Positions 53,033 to 63,190 of a stretch of 64,000 bases of DNA are shown here, piece after piece. Below the pieces are notes generated by a model. It had not been told where the DNA came from and did no database searches. It saw only the letters and a program-made list of their open reading frames with translations. Every line of letters begins with the position of its first letter. The first letter of the stretch is position 1. The translations under genes were made by a program, and so were the position numbers. Origin of the DNA: a phage; the sequence record PZ452602.1, one strand, 5' to 3'.

Positions 53033-53635
53033 TTATAGATTAAATCCTTCAAAATCAAGAGTATAGATAGTGTATGTTGAATACTTTTTGTACTCATATC
53101 TATCTGCAATTCTAAATACACTTCCAGCTGGTATCATTACTTCTTGTTCATCTGAAACTAATTCCATATTACGATAGCGATGACTATCCGGAAACTTAAA
53201 GTTTGGATTGTATTCTTTACAGCGTAGAGCTTTTATAGCATACTCCTGGAAATTGAATACCATAGGAGCTTTGAATTCAAAAATAACTTGTGTGTTATAC
53301 TCTAAACCGGAAGCAAAATGTAGAGCTATATTTTTATCATATGAAGCTGATACGACTTTATCAAATGTAATAATATCAATTCCTTGATTTAACACCTGCT
53401 TAGTCTCAGCTGGAACACCTCTCCAAAGAGGTTTATCGTTTGGAACCAAACGATATTTGATTATTTCATTTAACCAAGTATGGTCATCTGGTTTGTTGGT
53501 AATACAATGAATTAAAAGTTCAATTTCAGATAAATTAAACCCTTCAGAAAGTAATTCTTCACGAATAGAAGCACGCACCGATGCATCCATTGATTTTATT
53601 TTAAAATCTTTTAGTTGCATTACTGAGTATTTCAT
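53033..53635 (-). CDS. modA: ADP-ribosyltransferase ModA
   Basis: 200 aa; R...S...EQE arrangement (WRGV, SASYD, DEQEVMIP) typical of mono-ADP-ribosyltransferases; paralogous to next gene. Confidence 0.72.
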   Translation of the reverse strand: MKYSVMQLKDFKIKSMDASVRASIREELLSEGFNLSEIELLIHCITNKPDDHTWLNEIIKYRLVPNDKPLWRGVPAETKQVLNQGIDIITFDKVVSASYDKNIALHFASGLEYNTQVIFEFKAPMVFNFQEYAIKALRCKEYNPNFKFPDSHRYRNMELVSDEQEVMIPAGSVFRIADRYEYKKYSTYTIYTLDFEGFNL

Positions 53636-54255
53636 TCAACTACCTCAATATCATAAACTTTAAATGTTCCAAATGAATCGTGTAATTTTTCTTTTGAAAT
53701 AGAAGTTATTTTATACTTTCCAATTGGAATCATCCATTCTTGTTCATGTACAATCATCATTAAGTTATCAGTACGCTCTGAATCTAATCCATCAGTGTCT
53801 TCATACGTGTACTTAAACTCAGTATTAGGAGAAGAAAGTATAATATCGCTGATATGGTCAGAGTAATTAAAAGCTTTATCAGTTTTTAAACGAAGTATTG
53901 TTTCAGTGAAATATTCAGCATAAGAAAAAGAACACGCTGTATGCAAACTAGTAGTAAATGAATCTACCCTGTTAGTTGAAAACACTTCTCCAACTTGTAA
54001 ATCTTTAATAAGTTCTTTTGTCGATTTTGATATACCACGATATAACTGATAAGGCGATTTAGTTAAATGCTTTTTAATGATTTTATTCAATTGCCGATGA
54101 AGAGCTTCATTCTTTTTAGCTTCCATACATTGCCAAAGAACAGACTGCTCAAAGTCAGTAAATTTTTCACAGACTTTTTTATACATATCATATTGAAAAT
54201 CAACGCTTTCAGCTTTTATAGATAACTGTTCAACATCTGCAGGATTAATAATCAT
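53632..54255 (-). CDS. modB: ADP-ribosyltransferase ModB
   Basis: 207 aa; YRGIS...HEQEWMIP motif; tandem paralogue of modA. Confidence 0.72.
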   Translation of the reverse strand: MIINPADVEQLSIKAESVDFQYDMYKKVCEKFTDFEQSVLWQCMEAKKNEALHRQLNKIIKKHLTKSPYQLYRGISKSTKELIKDLQVGEVFSTNRVDSFTTSLHTACSFSYAEYFTETILRLKTDKAFNYSDHISDIILSSPNTEFKYTYEDTDGLDSERTDNLMMIVHEQEWMIPIGKYKITSISKEKLHDSFGTFKVYDIEVVE

Positions 54256-54271
54256 GATAGCCTCCGTATAC

Positions 54272-54301
54272 TTCAGAAGCTATCATATCATCGTTAGAAA
54301 G
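54272..54301 (-). promoter_or_regulatory. T4-type early promoter for modB-modA
   Basis: GTTTAC (54296-54301), spacer, TATGAT. Confidence 0.45.
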
Positions 54302-54322
54302 GAAAGTAAACAACTTTTTAAA

Positions 54323-54505
54323 TTATTTTGCCCAGGGAGCCCAAGGCGGAGGGTCAAGATGGTATGAAGCCAGTTCTTCTAGAAGAGCATCTGGGGCTTC
54401 AATTCCATAATTCTGTAATACTATACGGTATTCTTTCTTATAATCACTAGAATCATTCTGGATATTCGTAGAATGATTATCTTCTAACATCTCAAATAAA
54501 TCCAT
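54323..54505 (-). CDS. hypothetical protein (60 aa)
   Basis: Track ORF. Confidence 0.4.
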   Translation of the reverse strand: MDLFEMLEDNHSTNIQNDSSDYKKEYRIVLQNYGIEAPDALLEELASYHLDPPPWAPWAK

Positions 54506-54513
54506 ACTAATTC

Positions 54514-54984
54514 CTAGCGATAAAAACCAAATTGACGATTAGTTTCAATGATCTTTCTTTCTTCTTCGGACATTCTCCAGCGTAGTCCAACATCAAAATG
54601 AGCCCAGACCATCCTAACAAATGCATTTATATCTTTAATATCTTCAATAATGAATGTTTTACTTTTAGAAGGTTGACTCGCTAATTTAACTTTATCGTCT
54701 TCAAACATGTCAAAAAGACCATATTCATGAGCTCTTTTATAGCCTTTAATAGTTAAAGCTTCAGAAGAAGAAAATGGTGAATCTGTATTCTGCAAAATAT
54801 CTTCAGTACGCTTTATAATTAGAATAACATTTTCTGGATATTTTCTTTCTTTTATATCTTTAATTAAAATATCTGGATTTTCTGCTAAAGGAATAATTAA
54901 TGAGCACTTTTTATCAAGTGTATTTACTGATTTACCTTCTTTAGACATAAATTCTATTGAATATAATTTTGCTACTTCAATCAT
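54514..54984 (-). CDS. hypothetical protein (156 aa)
   Basis: Track ORF. Confidence 0.5.
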   Translation of the reverse strand: MIEVAKLYSIEFMSKEGKSVNTLDKKCSLIIPLAENPDILIKDIKERKYPENVILIIKRTEDILQNTDSPFSSSEALTIKGYKRAHEYGLFDMFEDDKVKLASQPSKSKTFIIEDIKDINAFVRMVWAHFDVGLRWRMSEEERKIIETNRQFGFYR

Positions 54985-55141
54985 GTGATTTCCTTTTGCC
55001 TACTAATGGACCGTCAGGAATTTTATTTTCCTGGATATACTTCTCATTTTCTTCCATCATTTTACTGCCAATTTTAAGAAGCAAATCCAATGCTTCATTT
55101 GCTTTATCCTTAGCCTCTTCTAACGTCATGTTCTTGTTCAT
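54982..55141 (-). CDS. small ORF (52 aa)
   Basis: Hand-translated [54 protein letters not shown]; ATGA overlaps at both ends; below track cutoff. Confidence 0.3.
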
Positions 55142-55341
55142 GATTTATCACCATAGATGTCTCTCATCAATTTAAGTGCTGAGCGTTCTAATTTCTTTTC
55201 TTTCTCAGCACTAATCATTGATTTCATCCATTCTTCCGATTCGTTCTGCATTTCTTTATTTGCCTGTTCAACCCAACCATCATCAATATACATTGAGTTT
55301 GGTCTATTGAACCATTCAAGCATTTTCTTCAGAACTTTCAT
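55138..55341 (-). CDS. hypothetical protein (67 aa)
   Basis: Track ORF. Confidence 0.45.
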   Translation of the reverse strand: MKVLKKMLEWFNRPNSMYIDDGWVEQANKEMQNESEEWMKSMISAEKEKKLERSALKLMRDIYGDKS

Positions 55342-55813
55342 TTGTTTTACCTAAAACGATAGTATGGACACCGTCAAATTCATGAATTTTTAGCAAATTT
55401 GGATTTAAATTATTCCATAAAGAGGTAATAAAATATGATAGCGCACTTTCGTCCGTAATTATAAATTTATTTCCCTTATCAATTTTCCAGTCATATATTG
55501 AATCATATGAATAGAAGGATAACGGTTTATTATTATAGTATGCTTCAGCAACATCAATATAGTTAGATTTAGTAAATGCTTGAATTGCCATAAATGGAGA
55601 ATTTTGTACAGTTTCAATAATTCCGATCTTTTTAAGTTTTATTTCAACATCTTCTGGAACTGGCATTGAAATAAAATCTTCTACTAGATACATGTCATTG
55701 TCATATCTTTTATCAATCATTACTGCTACTGTAATTGGAACATCCTTGACAAACGCCATACTAATACTATTGATAGACATTTCAAATAAAATCGCTTCCA
55801 TAATTTTCCTCAA
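55316..55813 (-). CDS. hypothetical protein (165 aa)
   Basis: Track ORF. Confidence 0.5.
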   Translation of the reverse strand: MRKIMEAILFEMSINSISMAFVKDVPITVAVMIDKRYDNDMYLVEDFISMPVPEDVEIKLKKIGIIETVQNSPFMAIQAFTKSNYIDVAEAYYNNKPLSFYSYDSIYDWKIDKGNKFIITDESALSYFITSLWNNLNPNLLKIHEFDGVHTIVLGKTNESSEENA

Positions 55814-56151
55814 TCACAAGATGTAGATGAACAACCAGAATCACAAGAACTTCCACATGAATCGCCCGTCAATACATGAACAGGAACATTAGTATCATAT
55901 GAATCAGAACTAGACTGTGTATTCTGTGCATTAGATGATGTAGTAGGTACTGACCAGCGCCAAGGATTTTTATAATATTCTTGGGCTTCTTCATAAGTCA
56001 TAGTAACTGCTTCTACTGTTCCATCTCCCATATAAACATACTCAACTACAGTTAAAGGAAGGTAGTCATTTGAAATAGGAACTACACCTTCTCCAGGAGT
56101 CGTAGAGAAAAAATCTGTAAAGAAACTTTTAAACCAATTAAAGATAAACAT
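55810..56151 (-). CDS. hypothetical protein with Cys/Ser-rich C-terminal tail (113 aa)
   Basis: C-terminus [17 protein letters not shown]. Confidence 0.5.
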   Translation of the reverse strand: MFIFNWFKSFFTDFFSTTPGEGVVPISNDYLPLTVVEYVYMGDGTVEAVTMTYEEAQEYYKNPWRWSVPTTSSNAQNTQSSSDSYDTNVPVHVLTGDSCGSSCDSGCSSTSCD

Positions 56152-56357
56152 TACAAAAAGCCTCTCTTAAATTCGACTTGCTTCTCGCCATAATCATATC
56201 GAATCTCTGCATTAAATTCGACAGAACCATCTGCGTACATCATAAATGAATGCACAACAACTTCTGTAGACCATGGCTGTAGTTCATATTTCTTCATTAC
56301 ATGTCGTGAAATGATAATATCTAAATCTTCATTTGGTTTAATCCAGCGATTTAACAT
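56151..56357 (-). CDS. hypothetical protein (68 aa)
   Basis: Track ORF with early promoter 56373-56403. Confidence 0.5.
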   Translation of the reverse strand: MLNRWIKPNEDLDIIISRHVMKKYELQPWSTEVVVHSFMMYADGSVEFNAEIRYDYGEKQVEFKRGFL

Positions 56358-56372
56358 AGTGCTCTCCTCTAT

Positions 56373-56403
56373 AAGATAATTCTATTATACCATACTCATT
56401 TTG
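56373..56403 (-). promoter_or_regulatory. T4-type early promoter
   Basis: GTTTAC (56398-56403), spacer, GTATAAT. Confidence 0.5.
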
Positions 56404-56453
56404 GAAAGTAAACCATTTAAATGAAAAAAGGACTCCCGAAGGAGTCCTTGAAT

Positions 56454-56699
56454 TTATTCACCAGTTACTTTCCACAAATCTTCGTTTGCAGTAATCCATT
56501 CAGTACGTTGATTTTCTTCATATACTGTAGAATATGCTGCTTTTTCTGAAGGGAATATCTGGTAATGAGCACCAGAAATTTTGTGAACGTCAGAATAAAG
56601 AGGGAAAGCTACAGAAATTTCCTTTCCTTCAATTTTCTTATTTCCATCTAATTTCTGCTCAAATGTTTTGATATTAACATAACCGCGAGTACTAGCCAT
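56454..56699 (-). CDS. soc: small outer capsid protein Soc
   Basis: 81 aa, MASTRGYVNIKTFEQKLDGNKKIEGKEISVAFPLY near-identical to recalled T4 Soc. Confidence 0.88.
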   Translation of the reverse strand: MASTRGYVNIKTFEQKLDGNKKIEGKEISVAFPLYSDVHKISGAHYQIFPSEKAAYSTVYEENQRTEWITANEDLWKVTGE

Positions 56700-56730
56700 G
56701 TAATTCTCCTTTTATTTAAATTACATGATT

Positions 56731-56738
56731 ATTTATAA
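56731..56738 (-). promoter_or_regulatory. late promoter TATAAATA for soc
   Basis: Exact TATAAATA on minus strand about 32 nt upstream of soc ATG. Confidence 0.65.
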
Positions 56739-56782
56739 TAAATTCTCGCGGCTTTTAAGTCGTCGTTTATTTAAACGAGCTA

Positions 56783-57301
56783 TTAATAGCCTCGATCTTG
56801 ACGAGCGAAGTTTTCGGCATTTTTCAGATAATAAAGTTTAAAGATTTCTTCAGCTGACATTCCAAGAGCAATGAATTTATTCATGAAAAAGTGAAATTGG
56901 TCAATTAGTTCAAATTTAATTTCAAGTTGATCTTCAGGAGATAAATCTTGAATTTTCTTGGATTGCATTTCAGAATAACGTTTCTTCCAAGGTTTCCATA
57001 CAGCAGAAGCTTCTTTTTCACCATTACTCATACCACCAAGAGAAGTATATAGCTCGCGAGTTTCATCTGCGATATAATCGTCTTGGTTTCGCAACCAAGC
57101 AAGAACTTCTCCTGCAGTTTCAAGTGAATCAGGATGACGATTTGTTTCTGGTTTATCATTAGCCAAACGAATCTGTAAATGCCGCTGCATGTCAAGCATA
57201 ACCTGCAATGGGTCAATACTGTGCATAATATACTCAGCATATGCACGATTTGCTTTATCAACACCTTCGATCAAATGAGCACATTCATTAAAGTGAGCCA
57301 T
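56783..57301 (-). CDS. 56: dCTPase/dUTPase gp56
   Basis: 172 aa from MAHFNECAHLIEG as recalled for T4 gp56; the track start is a TTG extension. Confidence 0.85.
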   Translation of the reverse strand: MAHFNECAHLIEGVDKANRAYAEYIMHSIDPLQVMLDMQRHLQIRLANDKPETNRHPDSLETAGEVLAWLRNQDDYIADETRELYTSLGGMSNGEKEASAVWKPWKKRYSEMQSKKIQDLSPEDQLEIKFELIDQFHFFMNKFIALGMSAEEIFKLYYLKNAENFARQDRGY

Positions 57302-57361
57302 TATTTTTCCTTTCAATTCATTAATAAGTTAAATAATTATATCATTTGAGTATGTAAGCAA

Positions 57362-58701
<1,340 letters not shown>

Positions 58702-58724
58702 TATATCATCCTCAGCAATTTATT

Positions 58725-58755
58725 TTATAATACCATAACAAGCTGAGAAAGTAAA
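58725..58755 (-). promoter_or_regulatory. T4-type early promoter
   Basis: GTTTAC (58750-58755), spacer, GTATTAT. Confidence 0.5.
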
Positions 58756-58791
58756 CAAATTTATGATAAATATTAATTTAAAGGAGGACAT

Positions 58792-58992
58792 ATGGTACAA
58801 AAATTAATGGCACTTGTTAATGCCATAAAAGGTAATAAGAAACGTATAGCTTTTACTATTTCTGCTATGGTAGGAATTTTACTCTGGAACTTTATTTTAT
58901 CACCTGTTGCAATTGCACATGGTATTAATATTCCAGTAGTTACTCTTGATACATTCGTAGATTTAGCATTTGCTTTAGTTGGGTTAATTTAA
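58792..58992 (+). CDS. small membrane protein (66 aa), opposite strand to surrounding genes
   Basis: Strong RBS GGAGGA 5 nt before ATG; two hydrophobic helices; stop overlaps gene 61 stop convergently. Confidence 0.45.
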   Translation: MVQKLMALVNAIKGNKKRIAFTISAMVGILLWNFILSPVAIAHGINIPVVTLDTFVDLAFALVGLI

Positions 58993-60017
58993 ATCTTGGC
59001 ATATTTAGATAGCCGCATTTTAGCCATCAACCCCTGTGCAATATTATTTTTCATATATTCCATAATTTGTTCAGGGGTTGCACCTTCCTTTCTAATCATA
59101 TCATTAACATCTTTTGATTTCCAGGGAGATTTATCCCAAAACATAACCCTTTCTCCTGCATCAACTAATTTAGTCATTCGCTTAATAGTGTCAGGATGAC
59201 GAGGTTCATTATCTAAAACCCACACACGTCTATCTTTAAATGGAACAACTTCTAGGTCTAATTGACCACCCGTAATAGCTATACCATTTTCAATAAAAAG
59301 TGAATCTATAGGTCCTTCTAGAACATATACATCACCATCTTTAACTCGTTCGACTCCATAGATTTTTGTTGCTTCAGGATAAGCTTTGATGGTGATATAT
59401 TTTTGGGGAGCATCTTTCTTTAATGCACGTCCTTGAAAAGACTCAGCTTTTCCATTAGCATTATAAATTGGAATAACAAGACGAGGCTCAGGTATTTCCT
59501 TTTTATATGTTCCCGGTGCTATGCTATTAACTAATTTAGGCCATTCGGTTGTAAACCAAAGATATTTCCATTTATCCTTTGGAATACAACGAGCTTTTAC
59601 GTATTTTATAATTGGATGGTCTTCCGCCAGTTTATCTAATCTAACACATGACGGAAGAGATTTAATTATTTTCTTTTCAGGTTGTTTAGGAAGTTCTTTA
59701 GGTTTTTCTACTGGACGACTTTTACCTTTTTCTTTTCTTATTTCAAAGATATACTCACGATATAAATCAGGTTCAAACTCCTTTAAATATATTCCGATTG
59801 GCGCATGATAGTTACAGTTATAACAATGAATATTTCCTTCATTATTATCACCATAATACCATCCACGAGCTTTATTCTGGTCGGTTTTTGAATCTCCGCA
59901 AACAGGGCATCTAAACCGTAATTTAAAAGTTGAACTATTATTTACTTGTGTGAATTTAGGTAAATGGGCTAATGCACGATACGCAAACTCATTATCAATC
60001 CAAGGTATTGATGACAT
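58989..60017 (-). CDS. 61: DNA primase gp61
   Basis: 342 aa; zinc ribbon CPVCGDS...CYNC; matches recalled T4 primase. Confidence 0.92.
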   Translation of the reverse strand: MSSIPWIDNEFAYRALAHLPKFTQVNNSSTFKLRFRCPVCGDSKTDQNKARGWYYGDNNEGNIHCYNCNYHAPIGIYLKEFEPDLYREYIFEIRKEKGKSRPVEKPKELPKQPEKKIIKSLPSCVRLDKLAEDHPIIKYVKARCIPKDKWKYLWFTTEWPKLVNSIAPGTYKKEIPEPRLVIPIYNANGKAESFQGRALKKDAPQKYITIKAYPEATKIYGVERVKDGDVYVLEGPIDSLFIENGIAITGGQLDLEVVPFKDRRVWVLDNEPRHPDTIKRMTKLVDAGERVMFWDKSPWKSKDVNDMIRKEGATPEQIMEYMKNNIAQGLMAKMRLSKYAKI

Positions 60018-60019
60018 TT

Positions 60020-60184
60020 TTACTCTTCTTTTTCTTTAGATTCCTCTTTTTTCTTTTTAGGAATCTGTTCAGGACCTTTATTTACTACAGCACCTGATGT
60101 TGTTCCAGTAGAGATATTTTCAGGATTACCACCTGAATCTCCAGCAACCATATCTTCTTTAATAAATTCTTTATATGTTTTCAT
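60020..60184 (-). CDS. small hydrophilic ORF (54 aa)
   Basis: Hand-translated MKTYKEFIKEDMVAGDSGGNPENISTGTTSGAVVNKGPEQIPKKKKEESKEKEE; ends 2 nt before gene 61 ATG. Confidence 0.35.
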   Translation of the reverse strand: MKTYKEFIKEDMVAGDSGGNPENISTGTTSGAVVNKGPEQIPKKKKEESKEKEE

Positions 60185-60185
60185 A

Positions 60186-60542
60186 TTAACCTCTATTCAT
60201 AAAAGCATTAAAAATTTGGTCATCAATAGATGGCGCAGTAATATTTTCTGCATCATTTAGCAAATCATTAATTTCATCGGATAGCATAACGCATGTACCT
60301 TTATTTCCTGTAATTGTTACTGCGCAATTACGAACGTTTTCTTTATTAAATTTTAGGTTAATATTTTCGTAATGAAAATCCTTTAATGCTGAATATATTT
60401 TTAAAATAAAATTGTCTTTTACTACAATAAACCCAACCTCACTATTAAAACGTGGTTCATGGAAACTGTAATAAACCTTTTCATCTATAAAATCGTATGA
60501 AATTTTTTCCATTTTTAAATATGAAAATTCAGAACTATACAT
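60186..60542 (-). CDS. hypothetical protein (118 aa), 61.2-like position
   Basis: Track ORF between sp and gene 61. Confidence 0.5.
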   Translation of the reverse strand: MYSSEFSYLKMEKISYDFIDEKVYYSFHEPRFNSEVGFIVVKDNFILKIYSALKDFHYENINLKFNKENVRNCAVTITGNKGTCVMLSDEINDLLNDAENITAPSIDDQIFNAFMNRG

Positions 60543-60554
60543 ACTAACCTCTAA

Positions 60555-60848
60555 TTACTCACCTACCACTTCAGCGATGATATTTTTATTATTAAAGTTT
60601 TTATCGCAATACAGAACATAATTATACTGCATTACACCACCAGACTTAAGTTGTTTTTGCACTTCAGCTTTCATTTTAGGACGATCGCGCTCAACAATAT
60701 TCATAATATCCGCTTCAATTTGAGTTTCAACTTCAGTCTGATCTGCAGTCATAGACCATTCACACAAGTCTTTATCATATCCTGCCATAGCAGGTTGAGC
60801 AGCACAAGAAGCCAAAGTAAAAATTGTAGCAAAAATAAATTTTTTCAT
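60555..60848 (-). CDS. sp: Spackle periplasmic protein (superinfection exclusion)
   Basis: 97 aa with N-terminal signal peptide (MKKFIFATIFTLASCAAQPAMA); matches recalled T4 Sp. Confidence 0.75.
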   Translation of the reverse strand: MKKFIFATIFTLASCAAQPAMAGYDKDLCEWSMTADQTEVETQIEADIMNIVERDRPKMKAEVQKQLKSGGVMQYNYVLYCDKNFNNKNIIAEVVGE

Positions 60849-60875
60849 GATAATCTCCTCAGTAGTTTATGTTTA

Positions 60876-60906
60876 TATAGTATCTCAATTTCCAACAAAA
60901 GTAAAC
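60876..60906 (-). promoter_or_regulatory. T4-type early promoter for sp
   Basis: GTTTAC (60901-60906), spacer, TACTAT. Confidence 0.5.
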
Positions 60907-60908
60907 AG

Positions 60909-61166
60909 CTATTTTAAAACTTCTGCATAATCACATGTTACAAAATGTTTCTCTAGCTTAACGATCTTACGAAAATGCCTTTTACACTGACGAATCTGCC
61001 TCTTCGTAGGACGTACAACAAACTTAATAAATTCCACTCGACCAAATGGAGGGCTTTCTTCTGCTGGAATATCTAACACCAATTCCCATGTATCCGCAAT
61101 AAGTGCTTTGAATTGAGTATTTTTCCTGACGTTATACGGAGTAGGTTTAAATAAAACAATATGCAT
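60909..61166 (-). CDS. hypothetical basic protein (85 aa)
   Basis: Track ORF. Confidence 0.5.
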   Translation of the reverse strand: MHIVLFKPTPYNVRKNTQFKALIADTWELVLDIPAEESPPFGRVEFIKFVVRPTKRQIRQCKRHFRKIVKLEKHFVTCDYAEVLK

Positions 61167-61167
61167 A

Positions 61168-61350
61168 TTATCCTCGGTAATCTACTTCACATACTTTCTT
61201 GTCATCAATGAAAGCTTTAACTAATGCTTTATTAACTTCAGCATATTGAGTAGTAGCCCATTGAACGTCATCTTTCATCATTGTGATTTCTTTAGTAAAC
61301 ATGCTTTCATTCTTAAACCACCCCATAAAAACTACCTTTACCAATTCCAT
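61168..61350 (-). CDS. dmd: Dmd, antitoxin against host RnlA/LsoA
   Basis: 60 aa MELVKVVFMGWFKNESMFTKEITMMKDDVQWATTQYAEVNKALVKAFIDDKKVCEVDYRG near-identical to recalled T4 Dmd. Confidence 0.85.
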   Translation of the reverse strand: MELVKVVFMGWFKNESMFTKEITMMKDDVQWATTQYAEVNKALVKAFIDDKKVCEVDYRG

Positions 61351-61377
61351 AACAATCTCCTCATTTAACCAACAAGA

Positions 61378-61408
61378 CTACTATACCATAGTCTTGTCAG
61401 TTTGTAAA
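61378..61408 (-). promoter_or_regulatory. T4-type early promoter for dmd
   Basis: GTTTAC (61403-61408), spacer, TATAGT; -10 flanked by inverted repeat CAAGACTAC/GTAGTCTTG. Confidence 0.5.
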
Positions 61409-62836
61409 CTAAAATTTTAATTCATTTGCCAAAGCATCTAACTGAGCTCGAGTGGATTCATTTCTTTGATAGCGATTCTGTTCAGCCTGAATCTGTTGTG
61501 AACCTGCTACTTCACTCACTTCGGTTGGAGTAGAATCTTGTTCAATTTCTACCCATTTTTGATTTCCTTTTTGAACACCCATCAAAAACTTATTCCACTT
61601 ATTCTTATCACCATATCGTGATTTGATTTGCTTAATAAGTTGTTGTTCAGCAGCTGCTAACTCCTCGGTTTCAATGACCGCAAGCATAAAATCAGCTGTT
61701 GCTGGAAGACCAGCAGATTCTGCAATATCGCTCATGTTAACATCGGAAGAGTCCCAAGCTTGTTTACCGACCTGTGCTGCAGTCCAAAGAACAGTTTCGG
61801 TTTCAACAGCCAGAGCACGCAATTCCTCTGCGATAGCTTTAACAGTTGTGTAACTATTTTCTGAATAAACTCTAATGCGGCAAGATTTACAAATACCTAG
61901 ATAGTCGACAATAATGATTGTTGGAACAAAATTCTTTTTGAGCTTTAATTCATTTAAAAGTGATCGAAATGTATTAGCGTCTGCTCCACCAGTAGGATAT
62001 TGCTTAACGATTAAACGACCAAGGGTAGATTTCTCACGCCATTTTTCCATTTTTCCTTTATACTCGGCGTAAGAAATATGTCCATCATCAATATCGTCAA
62101 GAGAAACATCGAGCATATTAGCATCAATACGTTTAGCGCAGACTTCTTCTGCCATTTCCATGGAGATATAAAGAACGTTATGACCAAGCTGCAAATAATC
62201 TGCTGCTAATGAACACAATCCTAATGATTTACCAACGTTAACGCCAGCCATTAAAACGTTCAGTGTTCCAGTTTCAGCTCCGCCTTTCGTAATTTTGTTT
62301 AGAATTCTGAGTTTAAATGGAACTTTACGAGCTTTATTCATATAAGATAGCCAGCGTGCTTCGTAGTCATCCATCCAATCATGACCAACGTAGCTATCAA
62401 ATGAAATTGATAATGCTTGACGCATGATGTCAGGAATAGCACCAACATCCGGCATTTTCTTATTTCGTTTTTCCGGAGGAAGCTCAGCATTAGTTTGAAT
62501 TTCGATTATTTTAGACGTAGCATTAAACATCGCCCTTTGCTGAACATATTTTTCTGTTTCTTTTACTAACCAGCTGTGGTCTTCCGGAGAATCAGCTAGT
62601 TTTGAAATAAGTGTTTTTACACCAGAATATTCTGTTTCAGTAAATGAACTATTTTCTAATGCAACATTTAACGCATTAATAGATGGAACGCTATGGTACT
62701 CGTTAACATGAGATTTAATTAATTTGAACGTATTTTTAGCTGGACCACTTTCAAAATATTCTGAATCCATATATGGCCAAACTTTTGAAAAATAAGCTTG
62801 ATCAAATATGAGATGAGAAAGAATAATTTCTACCAC
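61409..62836 (-). CDS. 41: replicative DNA helicase gp41 (DnaB-like)
   Basis: 475 aa; Walker A GVNVGKS; apparent GTG start with GGAG RBS. Confidence 0.92.
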   Translation of the reverse strand: MVEIILSHLIFDQAYFSKVWPYMDSEYFESGPAKNTFKLIKSHVNEYHSVPSINALNVALENSSFTETEYSGVKTLISKLADSPEDHSWLVKETEKYVQQRAMFNATSKIIEIQTNAELPPEKRNKKMPDVGAIPDIMRQALSISFDSYVGHDWMDDYEARWLSYMNKARKVPFKLRILNKITKGGAETGTLNVLMAGVNVGKSLGLCSLAADYLQLGHNVLYISMEMAEEVCAKRIDANMLDVSLDDIDDGHISYAEYKGKMEKWREKSTLGRLIVKQYPTGGADANTFRSLLNELKLKKNFVPTIIIVDYLGICKSCRIRVYSENSYTTVKAIAEELRALAVETETVLWTAAQVGKQAWDSSDVNMSDIAESAGLPATADFMLAVIETEELAAAEQQLIKQIKSRYGDKNKWNKFLMGVQKGNQKWVEIEQDSTPTEVSEVAGSQQIQAEQNRYQRNESTRAQLDALANELKF

Positions 62837-62845
62837 ACTTACTCC

Positions 62846-63190
62846 TTAAAAGAATTTAAACTTTTTCTTTGACCTTTTATTAAATGCATCTTGTAGTTGC
62901 ATTGTAATACATTTTTCTACATGAGGAGCTAACTCAGCTTTTCTTTCTTGGTCAAGAACAGCAAAGTCCATTACGACTTTTCCATCAACCCAATCTAATT
63001 TTGTCACATACACAATGTGTGTAGAACCATCTTCTAGTTTAATGACAATCTCCTGGATAACATTTTCCATGGCAGATTTAATTATCTTAAGAGATTCATT
63101 AAAAAGACGTTCTTTTCTTTCTTCTTCCCCCTCCGAAGAGGGGGATTCATCGATAATTTCTAGATCTAAATCTAAATCATCTTTATTCAT
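62846..63190 (-). CDS. hypothetical acidic protein, gene 40-like by position
   Basis: Track ORF trimmed to ATG at 63190 (track start is GTG at 63208); overlaps uvsX 3' end by 8 nt. Confidence 0.5.
   Translation of the reverse strand: MNKDDLDLDLEIIDESPSSEGEEERKERLFNESLKIIKSAMENVIQEIVIKLEDGSTHIVYVTKLDWVDGKVVMDFAVLDQERKAELAPHVEKCITMQLQDAFNKRSKKKFKFF

Noticed and set aside
56700-56782. segF-like homing endonuclease between soc and gene 56
   Set aside because: Only about 80 nt separate the two genes, occupied by the soc late promoter; no room for an ORF.
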